NCBI GenBank assembly: GCA_963828255.1
Contig: CAWHDZ010000037.1
Location: 1 to 27,711, forward strand
Direction: 5' to 3'
DNA: 27,711 nt
DNA from: an uncultured delta proteobacterium
GTDB taxonomy: Bacteria > Myxococcota > Myxococcia > Myxococcales > Anaeromyxobacteraceae
The notes under the pieces are model-generated. The model worked only from the letters and a program-made list of their open reading frames with translations, made no database searches and had not been told where the DNA came from. The position numbers were made by a program, and so were the translations under genes. Shown one piece after another: positions 19,756 through 27,711 of the stretch (positions are counted from its first letter, which is position 1; every line of letters starts with the position of its first letter).

Positions 19756-21059
19756 TCCCGCGGGGCGCGCCCGATGCCCTGGTAGCTGAATCCCAACGCC
19801 CGGACCTTGGCGGGGTCCCAGACGTTGCGCCCGTCGAGGAGCACCGGCTGCTTCATGATCTGCTTCAGCCGCGTGAAGTCGGGCTGGCGGAACTCGTTCC
19901 ACTCGGTGACGAGGACGAGCGCGTCGGCCCCGGTGGCGGCGGAGTAGGGGTCGGGGGAGAGCTCGATCCGCCCGCCGAAGATGGCGGTCGCGACCTCGGA
20001 GGCCACCGGATCGTGGGCCCGGACCCTGGCGCCGTTCCCGAGGAGCCCCTCGATGATGGTGATGGAAGGGGCCTCGCGCATGTCGTCGGTCTTGGGCTTG
20101 AAGGCCAGCCCCCAGACCGCGAAGGTGAGCCCCTGCAGCGACCCGAAGTGCTTCTGCGCCTTCTCGAGCAGGGTGCGCTTCTGCCGCTCGTTCACCCGCT
20201 CCACCGACCGGAGCAGGTCGAAGTCGAGCCCCACCCCGCGCGCCATGGTCATGAGGGCGCGGACGTCCTTGGGGAAGCAGGAACCGCCGAATCCCGCTCC
20301 CGGAAAGAGGAACGGGTAGCCGATGCGCTTGTCCGAGCCCATGCCCCGCCGGACGTGGTCCACGTCGGCGCCGACCCGCTCGCAGAGGCTGGCCACGTCG
20401 TTCATGAAGGAGATGCGCGTCGCCAGCATGGCGTTGGCCGCGTACTTGGTGAGCTCGGAGGAGCGCCGGTCCATGAAGAGGATGGGCTGCTCGGTGCGGA
20501 CGAAGGGCGCGTAGAGCTCGGTCATCACCGCGCGCGCCTTCTCGGAGGCGACGCCGACCACGATGCGGTCGGGGCGCATGAAGTCCTCGATGGCCGCCCC
20601 CTCCTTGAGGAACTCGGGGTTGGAGACCACGTCGAAGGGGGCCTGCGCGACCCGCGCCACCACCTCGGAGACCCGGTCGGCGCTGCCGACCGGGACCGTG
20701 CTCTTGTTCACGATCACCGTGTAGCGGCCGATGGAGCGGCCGATCTGCTCCGCGGCGGCGAGCACGTAGGAGAGGTCGGCCTCGCCGGTCTCGCCGGGCG
20801 GGGTGCCCACCGCGATGAAGGCCACGTCCACGTCACGGACCGCGTCCGCGGTCACGGTGGTGAAGTCGAGGCGGCCGTCGCGGACGTTGCGCTTCACCAG
20901 CTCCTCGAGCCCCGGCTCGTAGATGGGGATGCCGCCGCCCCGCAGCGTGGCGATCTTGCGCTCGTCGAGGTCGACGCAGGTGACCTGGTGGCCCGTCTCG
21001 GCCAGGCAGGTCCCGGTGACGAGCCCGACGTAGCCGGTTCCGATGACGGCGATCTTCAC
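19752..21059 (-). CDS. ugd: UDP-glucose/GDP-mannose dehydrogenase family (UDP-glucose 6-dehydrogenase)
   Basis: IGTGYVGL, AVGTP, KSTVPVG, SNPEFLKEG, KYAANA, GFGGSCFPKD, GLAFKPKTDDMRE. Confidence 0.95.
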   Translation of the reverse strand: MKIAVIGTGYVGLVTGTCLAETGHQVTCVDLDERKIATLRGGGIPIYEPGLEELVKRNVRDGRLDFTTVTADAVRDVDVAFIAVGTPPGETGEADLSYVLAAAEQIGRSIGRYTVIVNKSTVPVGSADRVSEVVARVAQAPFDVVSNPEFLKEGAAIEDFMRPDRIVVGVASEKARAVMTELYAPFVRTEQPILFMDRRSSELTKYAANAMLATRISFMNDVASLCERVGADVDHVRRGMGSDKRIGYPFLFPGAGFGGSCFPKDVRALMTMARGVGLDFDLLRSVERVNERQKRTLLEKAQKHFGSLQGLTFAVWGLAFKPKTDDMREAPSITIIEGLLGNGARVRAHDPVASEVATAIFGGRIELSPDPYSAATGADALVLVTEWNEFRQPDFTRLKQIMKQPVLLDGRNVWDPAKVRALGFSYQGIGRAPRD

Positions 21060-21093
21060 GGGGGAGGTCCTTTCCGGAGGGGGGCGACGGCGA

Positions 21094-21102
21094 AATCTAT
21101 CA
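21094..21102 (-). promoter_or_regulatory. Possible extended -10 promoter for ugd
   Basis: Minus strand reads TG-A-TAGATT overlapping the upstream stop codon, followed by AAAGGA before the GTG. Confidence 0.3.
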
Positions 21103-21894
21103 TCGAACCCGCGGCCGAAGGGCCCGGAGAACGCGGTACACGGCGAGGATCTGGGCGGTCCTGACCCGCTTGCGGAGGTGGAGCATCCTCCCCGGAGGGG
21201 CGTGCCGCAGGAAGACCTGCCGGTCCTCGGCGAACTGGGCCTCGAAGGACGAGCCGCTCTTCGAGGAGACGTGCCAGCGGAAGGCGGCCAGCGTGCGGTC
21301 GAGCCAGAGGGGCGGAGCCACCCGGGCGAAGCGCAGCCAGAGATCGTAGTCGAAGGTGTAGCGCAGCGACGGGTCGAGGAGGCCGACCCTGTTCTGGAGG
21401 CACCGCCGCCAGAAGACGGTCATCTGGCTCACGTAGTTCTCGACGAGGAGCCGCTCGAGCCGGTGGCGGCGGGCCCGGAAGTCCTTGTAGGCCGAGACGG
21501 GGCGCCGGATGATCCGGTCCCCCTCGTCCACGATGTCGCACCGTCCGTGAAGCCAGAGCGCGCCCGGATGGTCGCGGAAGGCCTCCACCGCGGCCTGGAT
21601 CGCGCCGGGGCGGAGCAGGTCGTCCGAGTTCACCCAGCCCAGGATCTCCCCGCGGGCCCTCCCGAGCGCCCGGTTCACCGCGTCGGCCTGCCCGGCGTCC
21701 TTCTCGACGACGAGGGAGATCCGGTCGCGGTGGCGCTCCAGCACCGGGAGCGTGCCGTCCTTGCTCCCTCCGTCCTGGACCAGCACCTCGAGGTCGAAGT
21801 CGCCGCGCTGGGAGAGGATGCTGTCGAGCGTGCGCTCCACGAACGGGCGCTGGTCGAGCGACGGCACGACGATCGAGACGAGCGGGCGGCTCAC
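21100..21894 (-). CDS. Glycosyltransferase family 2 (WfgS/WcaE-like)
   Basis: VSIVVPS, QDGGSKDGT, GQADAVN, GWVNSDD, DYDLWLR. GTGA overlap with the DUF2304 gene. Confidence 0.9.
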   Translation of the reverse strand: MSRPLVSIVVPSLDQRPFVERTLDSILSQRGDFDLEVLVQDGGSKDGTLPVLERHRDRISLVVEKDAGQADAVNRALGRARGEILGWVNSDDLLRPGAIQAAVEAFRDHPGALWLHGRCDIVDEGDRIIRRPVSAYKDFRARRHRLERLLVENYVSQMTVFWRRCLQNRVGLLDPSLRYTFDYDLWLRFARVAPPLWLDRTLAAFRWHVSSKSGSSFEAQFAEDRQVFLRHAPPGRMLHLRKRVRTAQILAVYRVLRALRPRVR

Positions 21895-22310
21895 GGGCTC
21901 GGGCCGGGCCCCGTCCCGGCCGCCGGCGCGCGTTCCGGATCCCGGCGCGACGCCCGCTCCGCGTCCAGCTCGGCACGGAGCGAGGCGCATTCCTGCGCCA
22001 GGCGCCGGATGCGCGCTGCGTTCTGCGACCCGGCCACCGTGTTCACGAGCACGTTCACCGCCAGGTACAGGACGGCGGCGCCGAAGAGGGCGTTGGAGGC
22101 GATCTGGAAGCCGAGGAGGTGTGCCGCCCGGACCAGGATCCCCGGGAAGAGGGCCACCACGGTGGCGAGGAGCGTCGTCACCACCCAGACCAGGCTGTCC
22201 CGGAGCGAGAGGCGCTGGGTGCGGACCAGCCGGAGCACCCAGAGCAGGAAGATCGCCAGGACGACGATGGAGACGACCTGAAGCTCGGCCGGGATGAGGT
22301 CGCTCCTCAC
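21891..22310 (-). CDS. DUF2304-type small membrane protein
   Basis: Three hydrophobic helices, then IRRLAQECA coiled tail; typical position downstream of a DPM-like GT2. Confidence 0.8.
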   Translation of the reverse strand: MRSDLIPAELQVVSIVVLAIFLLWVLRLVRTQRLSLRDSLVWVVTTLLATVVALFPGILVRAAHLLGFQIASNALFGAAVLYLAVNVLVNTVAGSQNAARIRRLAQECASLRAELDAERASRRDPERAPAAGTGPGPSP

Positions 22311-23026
22311 GCGAGCTCCTCCTCGACGGGGTGCCGCGTGGGGAGCAGGACCAGCGCCATGGAGACCTTGACCAGGTAGTAGAGCGACCGCCCCAGGCCG
22401 ATCGAGCTCTCGCCGTGGAGCCGCTCGGTCATCCGGACCGGGACCTCGGTCACCGAGAGCCCGGCCCGGGCCGCCACTGCGATCGACTCGGGCTCCGGGT
22501 AGTCGGGAGGGTAGCTGCGGGCGAAGAGCTCGATGGCGCGCCGTCCGGCGGCGCGGAAGCCGGAGGTGGGGTCGGAGACCCGGGCCCCGCAGCGCAGCCG
22601 GAGCATGAGGGAGAGGTAGCGGATCCCGGCCCGGCGGGACCAGGTGGAGCGGAAGGCGCCCGCCACCCTCGGTCCGGAGAACCGGGATCCCACCACCAGG
22701 TCGGCGCGGCCGGCGGCCACCTCGGCGGCCAGGGCGGGGAGGTACCCGGTGTCGTGCTGCCCGTCGCCGTCCACCTGGACGGCCACGTCGTAGCCGTGGT
22801 CGCGGGCCCAGCGGTAGCCGGCCTGCACCGCGCCGCCGATGCCCAGGTTCACCGGGAGGGAGAGCAGGGTGGCCCCCAGCGAGCGAGCCACCGCCGCGGT
22901 GCCGTCGGTGGAGCCGTCGTCCACCACGCAGACGTCCACGCCGGGCGCGGACCGGCGCAGGCCGGCCACCACCGCGGGCAGGCTCCGCTCCTCGTTGAAG
23001 GCGGGGACGATGGCGAGGACGCGCAC
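22307..23026 (-). CDS. Glycosyltransferase family 2 (DPM/polyprenol-phosphate glycosyltransferase-like)
   Basis: IVPAFNEE, VDDGSTDGT, NLGIGGAVQAG, VDGDGQH, VVGSRF, DPTSGFRA, YPEPE. Confidence 0.92.
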   Translation of the reverse strand: MRVLAIVPAFNEERSLPAVVAGLRRSAPGVDVCVVDDGSTDGTAAVARSLGATLLSLPVNLGIGGAVQAGYRWARDHGYDVAVQVDGDGQHDTGYLPALAAEVAAGRADLVVGSRFSGPRVAGAFRSTWSRRAGIRYLSLMLRLRCGARVSDPTSGFRAAGRRAIELFARSYPPDYPEPESIAVAARAGLSVTEVPVRMTERLHGESSIGLGRSLYYLVKVSMALVLLPTRHPVEEELA

Positions 23027-23072
23027 GGAAGGTCCATTACACCACGGGCCGGTGGCGCCGTCGCGTTCGGCG

Positions 23073-23999
23073 CTAACGGGGGAGCAGCGCCAGCCGGGCC
23101 GCCGCCTGGGCGCCCCGCAGGTGGGAGAGGCGAGACGGGTCGCCGGAGGAGCGGACCACAGCGTCCACGGCGGCGCGCTCCGGCGCCGAGAGCGGCGGGG
23201 CGAGGGTCCCGGCGGCGCCGGACACCTCCGGGAAGTGAAGGGCGAGAAGCGCCATCGAGCCGTGCAGCGCCCGGGAGAGTCCCAGCGCGGCGGCCCGCTC
23301 CTTCACGTACCGTGAGTCAAGCGGCGGATCGAGCCGGAGCAGTTCCCGAAGGTCCACGAAGGTGACCAGCGGTGCGAAGAGCCCCTGCTCGGCCTGCTCG
23401 GCCACCGTGGCGAGAAGCATGTCCTCCGGGGAGGGGCGCCGGATCTCCGGTCCGAGGGCGGGCAGCGGCGTGGCCCGGTCGAAGAGTCCCGCGTCGGGGG
23501 GGGCGCCCTGCCAGAGCCCCTCCTGGATGGTGAAGCGCACCCGGTCGTCCCCGAAGGCCGCCCCCCGTCCGCCCCCGGCCACGGCCTCGACGCGGAAGCC
23601 CGCCCCCTTCGCCGCCCCGGCGAACCGGGCCCCGTCCTCGCCCCGGACGGCCAGGCGCAGGTCGCCGAGCGGGCGGAAGGCCAGGTGGGGGTAGAGCCAG
23701 TCCACGGCGGCCAGGCCGGAGAGCACCACCACCGGGACGGGGCTCGCCTTGAGGGCGCCCCGGAGGGTCATGACCCGGTAGACGTTGTCGTTCACCACGC
23801 CCTGGTAGAGGGCGAGCAGCTTCTCGCGGAACTGGGCGGGGACGCCGGCGCCCAGCGCGCAGGTCTCCAGGTGGTAGCTGGCGATGGGGGCGAGGCCGTT
23901 GGCCTCGAGGACCTCGGCCAGGAGGGCCAGGTCGCAGGGGGGGAGCGCGGCCGGGGGCTCGAAGGCGGAGAGTGCGCGGATGGCGTCGGAGAGGGGCAC
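23073..23999 (-). CDS. Uncharacterised nucleotidyltransferase family protein (NTP_transf_5-like) with degenerate motifs
   Basis: VVVLSGLAAVDWLYPHLAFRPLGDLRLAV aligns by eye with the LKG...YP...R...DxDLLV signature; later PSPED...DL helix. Confidence 0.65.
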   Translation of the reverse strand: MPLSDAIRALSAFEPPAALPPCDLALLAEVLEANGLAPIASYHLETCALGAGVPAQFREKLLALYQGVVNDNVYRVMTLRGALKASPVPVVVLSGLAAVDWLYPHLAFRPLGDLRLAVRGEDGARFAGAAKGAGFRVEAVAGGGRGAAFGDDRVRFTIQEGLWQGAPPDAGLFDRATPLPALGPEIRRPSPEDMLLATVAEQAEQGLFAPLVTFVDLRELLRLDPPLDSRYVKERAAALGLSRALHGSMALLALHFPEVSGAAGTLAPPLSAPERAAVDAVVRSSGDPSRLSHLRGAQAAARLALLPR

Positions 24000-24008
24000 C
24001 CGGTTGTC

Positions 24009-25520
24009 CTAGTCGGGCCGACGCTCCATCACCGCGATGAGCGAGAGGGGAGGGAAGGGGAGGAAGCGGTCGATGCGCCGGAAGAGCGGGGTGAGCCAGT
24101 CCACCGTGCCGATCTGGAGGCGACCGGCGGCACGCCTGCGCAGGAGTCTCCCGTTCACCCACCAGGGCAGCGAGGAGAGCCGGTTGAAGCGGATGAGCGC
24201 GGTCACCTCGAGCCCGGCGCGGACGGCCACGTCGCGGATCCCCTCCTCGGTGTAGCGGCGGCGGTGGCCGAGCGCCTCGTCGAGCGTGCCGAAGTTCCAG
24301 GGTCCGGAGGGGACGAGCACCACCGCCTTGCCGCCAGGCGAGAGCGCTGAGCGCAGGTTGCGGAGCGCCCCCACGTCGTCGTCGAGGTGCTCGATGACGT
24401 TCAGGCAGACGACCGAATCGAACCCGCCCTCCACCCGGGGAAAGGACGCGACCTCGGTCACGTCGGTGTAGCGGGCGGACAGGTAGGGCCGGTCGGCGGT
24501 CAGGTTGCGCAGCGTCTCCAGGTGGAGCGGGTCCACCTCGCTCGCCACGTACAGGTCGCGCGGGACGAGACGCCGGGTGAGAGTGCCGGTGCCCGAGCCG
24601 ATCTCCAGCAGGCGCGATCCGAGGTAGGGGCGGATCAAGTCGGCCATCCATCCGGTGAAGCGGCTGGCCGAGGCCAGCCGCCGCATCATCTCCAGCCCGG
24701 GCTCGTCGCGCACGTCGATTTTGTCACTAACAGTGAATCTCAGGATGGCACCCAGCGCGCGGACACCGTCTTTCCAGTCGATCTTCTTCCCCTCCTGGTA
24801 GGTGCGCCCCGAGTAGCGGATGGGAACCTCGAAGACCCGGGCCTCGCGCTTGGCCAGCTTGATGGTGAGCTCCGGCTCGAGCCGGAAGTCGTTGGAGAAG
24901 ATGGGGATGGAGCGCAGGAGGTCGGTGCGGACCGCCTTGTAGCAGGTCTCCATGTCGGTGAGGTTCAGGTTGGTGACCAGGTTGGTCAGGAAGGTGAGGA
25001 GGCGGTTCCCCAGCTCGTGCCGGAAGAAGAGGACGCGTCGGGACTCGCCGCCGGCGAAGCGGGAGCCGAAGACCGCGTCGGCCCGCTCGGAGACGAAGAC
25101 GTCCACCATCCGCAGGATGTCCACCGGGTGGTACTCCAGGTCGGCGTCATGGATCACCGAGTACTCGCCGTCGGCGCGGGCCAGCGCGGTCCGGATGGCC
25201 GCTCCCTTTCCGCCGTTCCGCGCGTGGCGCAGGAAGATCCACTCGGTCTTGCCGTGGCGTCCACGCCCGAGCTCGACTGCCGGGACCAATCCGGATCCGC
25301 CGCGCGGGGCCGCAGGAGGAGCAGGGGCGAGGGCGATCCCTCGCTCCTCCCCGAAGGCGGCCAGCGCGTGGGGCGTCCCGTCCCGCGACGAGTCATCCAC
25401 CACCACCACCTGGATGCGCTCGAGGTGTGGGCTCGACTCCAGCACCGCGAGCCGCGCCAGCGACGCAGCCACGAGGTGCTGCTCGTTGTAGACCGGGACG
25501 AGGACGGAGAGCGACGACAT
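24009..25520 (-). CDS. Bifunctional GT2 glycosyltransferase / class I SAM-dependent methyltransferase
   Basis: N-terminal LVPVYNE, VDDSSRDGT, GKGAAI, HDADLEY, DMETCYK. C-terminal LEIGSGTG, FDSVVCLNVIEH, LSPGG, GHRRRY. Confidence 0.9.
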   Translation of the reverse strand: MSSLSVLVPVYNEQHLVAASLARLAVLESSPHLERIQVVVVDDSSRDGTPHALAAFGEERGIALAPAPPAAPRGGSGLVPAVELGRGRHGKTEWIFLRHARNGGKGAAIRTALARADGEYSVIHDADLEYHPVDILRMVDVFVSERADAVFGSRFAGGESRRVLFFRHELGNRLLTFLTNLVTNLNLTDMETCYKAVRTDLLRSIPIFSNDFRLEPELTIKLAKREARVFEVPIRYSGRTYQEGKKIDWKDGVRALGAILRFTVSDKIDVRDEPGLEMMRRLASASRFTGWMADLIRPYLGSRLLEIGSGTGTLTRRLVPRDLYVASEVDPLHLETLRNLTADRPYLSARYTDVTEVASFPRVEGGFDSVVCLNVIEHLDDDVGALRNLRSALSPGGKAVVLVPSGPWNFGTLDEALGHRRRYTEEGIRDVAVRAGLEVTALIRFNRLSSLPWWVNGRLLRRRAAGRLQIGTVDWLTPLFRRIDRFLPFPPLSLIAVMERRPD

Positions 25521-25595
25521 GGGAAGTCCCGTTCTATCGCAGGACCGCCAAGGGGGCGAGGAGCGGGTGACTCGCCGCTCCGGCCCCGCGCCGCG

Positions 25596-25601
25596 TAGAA
25601 T
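25596..25601 (+). promoter_or_regulatory. Putative -10 box of a leaderless transcript for the GT4 gene
   Basis: TAGAAT lies 6 nt before GTG 25608; no Shine-Dalgarno in between. Confidence 0.45.
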
Positions 25602-25607
25602 GAACCG

Positions 25608-26720
25608 GTGCGCATCGCGCTCTCCCTCCTCTCGCTCCGCCCCGGCCAGGTCGGAGGCGCCGAGACCTACGTCCGGGCCCTGGTGCGCCACCTGCCGGAG
25701 GTAGCCGGGACGGACGAACTGCTCCTCGTGCTCGACCGGGACCTCGACCGGGAGATCGAGGGGACGGGGTGGACCAGGGTGGTGATGCCGTACGGGGCGC
25801 AGGAGCTGGTCGCGCGGCGCATCGCCGAGGCCTACACGCCGTGGCGGGACCGGAGGAGCGAGGCGGTCCTCGCCGCGGCCCAGCCCGACGTGACCCTGTT
25901 CCCGCAGCAGTCGATCTTCCCGCACCGCGCGCCGGGGGCGACCGTGCTGACCGCCGTGGACGTCCAGCACCTGGTCCTCCCCGGCCACTTCGGCCTCTTC
26001 GACCGGACCTTTCGACCCAGGGTGTACCCGCGCAGCATGGACCGGGCCGATCGGGTCATCGCCATCAGCGCGTTCACGAAGCGGACGCTGGTGGAGCGGT
26101 GCGGGATCGACCCGGCGAGGATCACCGCCATTCCATTCGGCCTGGAGCCCCGCTCCGCAGGGGCGCCCGGAGTCGAGGCGAGCCGGCTTGTCGAGAGACC
26201 GTACCTCTACTACCCGGCGGCCACCTGGCCTCACAAGGGGCACGCGGCGCTCCTGCGCACCTTCGCGGTGCTCCGCGCCGACGGGCAGATCGCCGGGACG
26301 CTGGTGCTAACGGGTCAGCGAACCCCGCTCTGGGAGAAGACCCTCGTTCCGCTCACCCGCGAGCTCGGCATCGAGCGGGACGTCGTCCACCTGGGCTTTG
26401 TCCCCTTCGACGAGGTGCGCCGCCTCTACGCCGGGGCCTCCGCGGTCCTCTTCCCCACCACCTTCGAGGGCTTCGGCTTGCCCGTGCTGGAGGCAGCGCA
26501 GGCCGGGCGAAAGGTGGTCACCTCGCGCCTGGTGGTGTTCGACGAGATCGGGGTGCCTCCGGAGGCGCAAGCGGATTTCGAGAAGCCGGACGAGGTCCTC
26601 GCCGCGCTGGCCCAGCCCGGGCCCACAAGGCTCCTGCGCGAGCCCCTCTCCTGGCCGGAGGTGGCCTGGAGGACGATCGAGGTCCTGCGGGGGGCGAGCG
26701 CAGCGGGAGGACGGCCGTGA
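25608..26720 (+). CDS. Glycosyltransferase family 4 (GT-B, MtfB-like)
   Basis: GGAETY, DVQHL, VIAISAFTK, YPAATWPHKGH, FPTTFEGFGLPVLEA. Confidence 0.92.
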   Translation: MRIALSLLSLRPGQVGGAETYVRALVRHLPEVAGTDELLLVLDRDLDREIEGTGWTRVVMPYGAQELVARRIAEAYTPWRDRRSEAVLAAAQPDVTLFPQQSIFPHRAPGATVLTAVDVQHLVLPGHFGLFDRTFRPRVYPRSMDRADRVIAISAFTKRTLVERCGIDPARITAIPFGLEPRSAGAPGVEASRLVERPYLYYPAATWPHKGHAALLRTFAVLRADGQIAGTLVLTGQRTPLWEKTLVPLTRELGIERDVVHLGFVPFDEVRRLYAGASAVLFPTTFEGFGLPVLEAAQAGRKVVTSRLVVFDEIGVPPEAQADFEKPDEVLAALAQPGPTRLLREPLSWPEVAWRTIEVLRGASAAGGRP

Positions 26721-26740
26721 CGGTCCGCCCAGGGGAGATC

Positions 26741-27670
26741 ATGCGAGACCGGAGAACGGTGTTCCTCCCGCCCAGGGAGACCGAGGCTTCCATTCACGAG
26801 TGGCTCCGGGCGCTGCACGCCGACCGCGAGGACCCGAGGGTCCGTGCCGAGCTGTCGGCCTACCTCGACGGGGACCTCCGGCGCTTCCTGAACACGCTCG
26901 GGCTTGTGCCGCAAGGGCGGGGCCGGCTCCTCGAAGTCGGCGCCGACCCCTACTTCACGACCGTGCTCCTGCGCCGCTTCCGCGAGTACGAGCTCTTCCT
27001 GACGAACGGTCACGGGGAGAAGCCGCGGGACAACCCCTTCCAGTGGAGGGGCGTGGACGGGCGCGGGGAAACGCTGACCTTCGCGCGATTCAACCTCGAA
27101 GACGATTCGCTGCCCTGGCCGGCCGGCCACTTCGACGTGGCTCTCTGCTGCGAGGTCATCGAGCACATGGGGCGCGATCCCATCGGCGCCCTGGGGCGCC
27201 TGAACGAGGCGCTGCGACCCGGTGGAACGCTCGTCCTCACGACGCCCAACGCCGCACGCCTGGGAATCGTGGCGAGCGCGCTCGCCGGGGTCCACTCCGT
27301 CCACGACCAGTACTCCGCGTACGGGCCCTACGGCCGCCACGCCCGGGAGTACACGCCCCGCGAGATGCTCGACCTCGTCTCGCGCGCCGGCTTCGAGGTC
27401 GAAGAGGCATTCACCGCCGACGCTCGCACGGCCGGTGCCCCGGGGCCACACGCAGTGCTGGGGCGGCTGAGTGGCGTCGTGGGCGCCGCGGTTGCTGCCG
27501 CTCGGTGGATCGCGTCGACGTTCGGGCTTCTCCCGGGGCCGCCAGCCGGGCTGGGTGCCTACCAGTACTTCCGGGCGCGCAAGGTGCGCAGCCCGGAACC
27601 ACGGAAGCCGAGATGGCTGTACCGTAGTTACCCGGAGTCCGAGATGGCGCCGGAGCCGCCCGCCGGGTAG
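26741..27670 (+). CDS. Class I SAM-dependent methyltransferase
   Basis: LLEVGADPYF, FDVALCCEVIEHM, LRPGGTLVLTTPN, HAREYT. AGGGGAG precedes ATG 26741; GTG 26717 overlapping the GT4 stop is an alternative start. Confidence 0.85.
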   Translation: MRDRRTVFLPPRETEASIHEWLRALHADREDPRVRAELSAYLDGDLRRFLNTLGLVPQGRGRLLEVGADPYFTTVLLRRFREYELFLTNGHGEKPRDNPFQWRGVDGRGETLTFARFNLEDDSLPWPAGHFDVALCCEVIEHMGRDPIGALGRLNEALRPGGTLVLTTPNAARLGIVASALAGVHSVHDQYSAYGPYGRHAREYTPREMLDLVSRAGFEVEEAFTADARTAGAPGPHAVLGRLSGVVGAAVAAARWIASTFGLLPGPPAGLGAYQYFRARKVRSPEPRKPRWLYRSYPESEMAPEPPAG

Positions 27671-27711
27671 GCCCGCGGGTGCCCGTCCGCGCTACCTTCC
27701 CTGAAGTGGGG

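Overview
Very GC-rich bacterial chromosomal DNA. Gene content and order point to Myxococcota, most likely Anaeromyxobacter-like (inference). No rRNA/tRNA, mobile element or CRISPR array is recognisable. Left part (+ strand): end of an M50 site-2 protease, a small membrane protein, a DinG/YoaA-type Fe-S helicase broken by two +1 C-homopolymer frameshifts (probably assembly errors), an orphan MglA/SofG-type small GTPase coupled to a PocR-domain histidine kinase, thiL, and a Dif-type chemosensory cluster (MCP, CheW, CheY, CheA, CheC; no difB, cheR or cheB). That cluster runs directly into the nickel-pincer cofactor genes larB and larC and a GAF/PAS histidine kinase. Middle: a degenerate glycoside-hydrolase-like gene (-) divergent from a divergent-type, K+-independent membrane pyrophosphatase coupled to a stand-alone Lon N-domain protein. 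Right: a surface-polysaccharide cluster (ugd, two GT2s, DUF2304, a degenerate nucleotidyltransferase, a GT2-methyltransferase fusion, GT4, a methyltransferase). The best candidate for an undescribed system is the tightly coupled Dif chemosensory + larBC + kinase operon, which lacks larA and larE.
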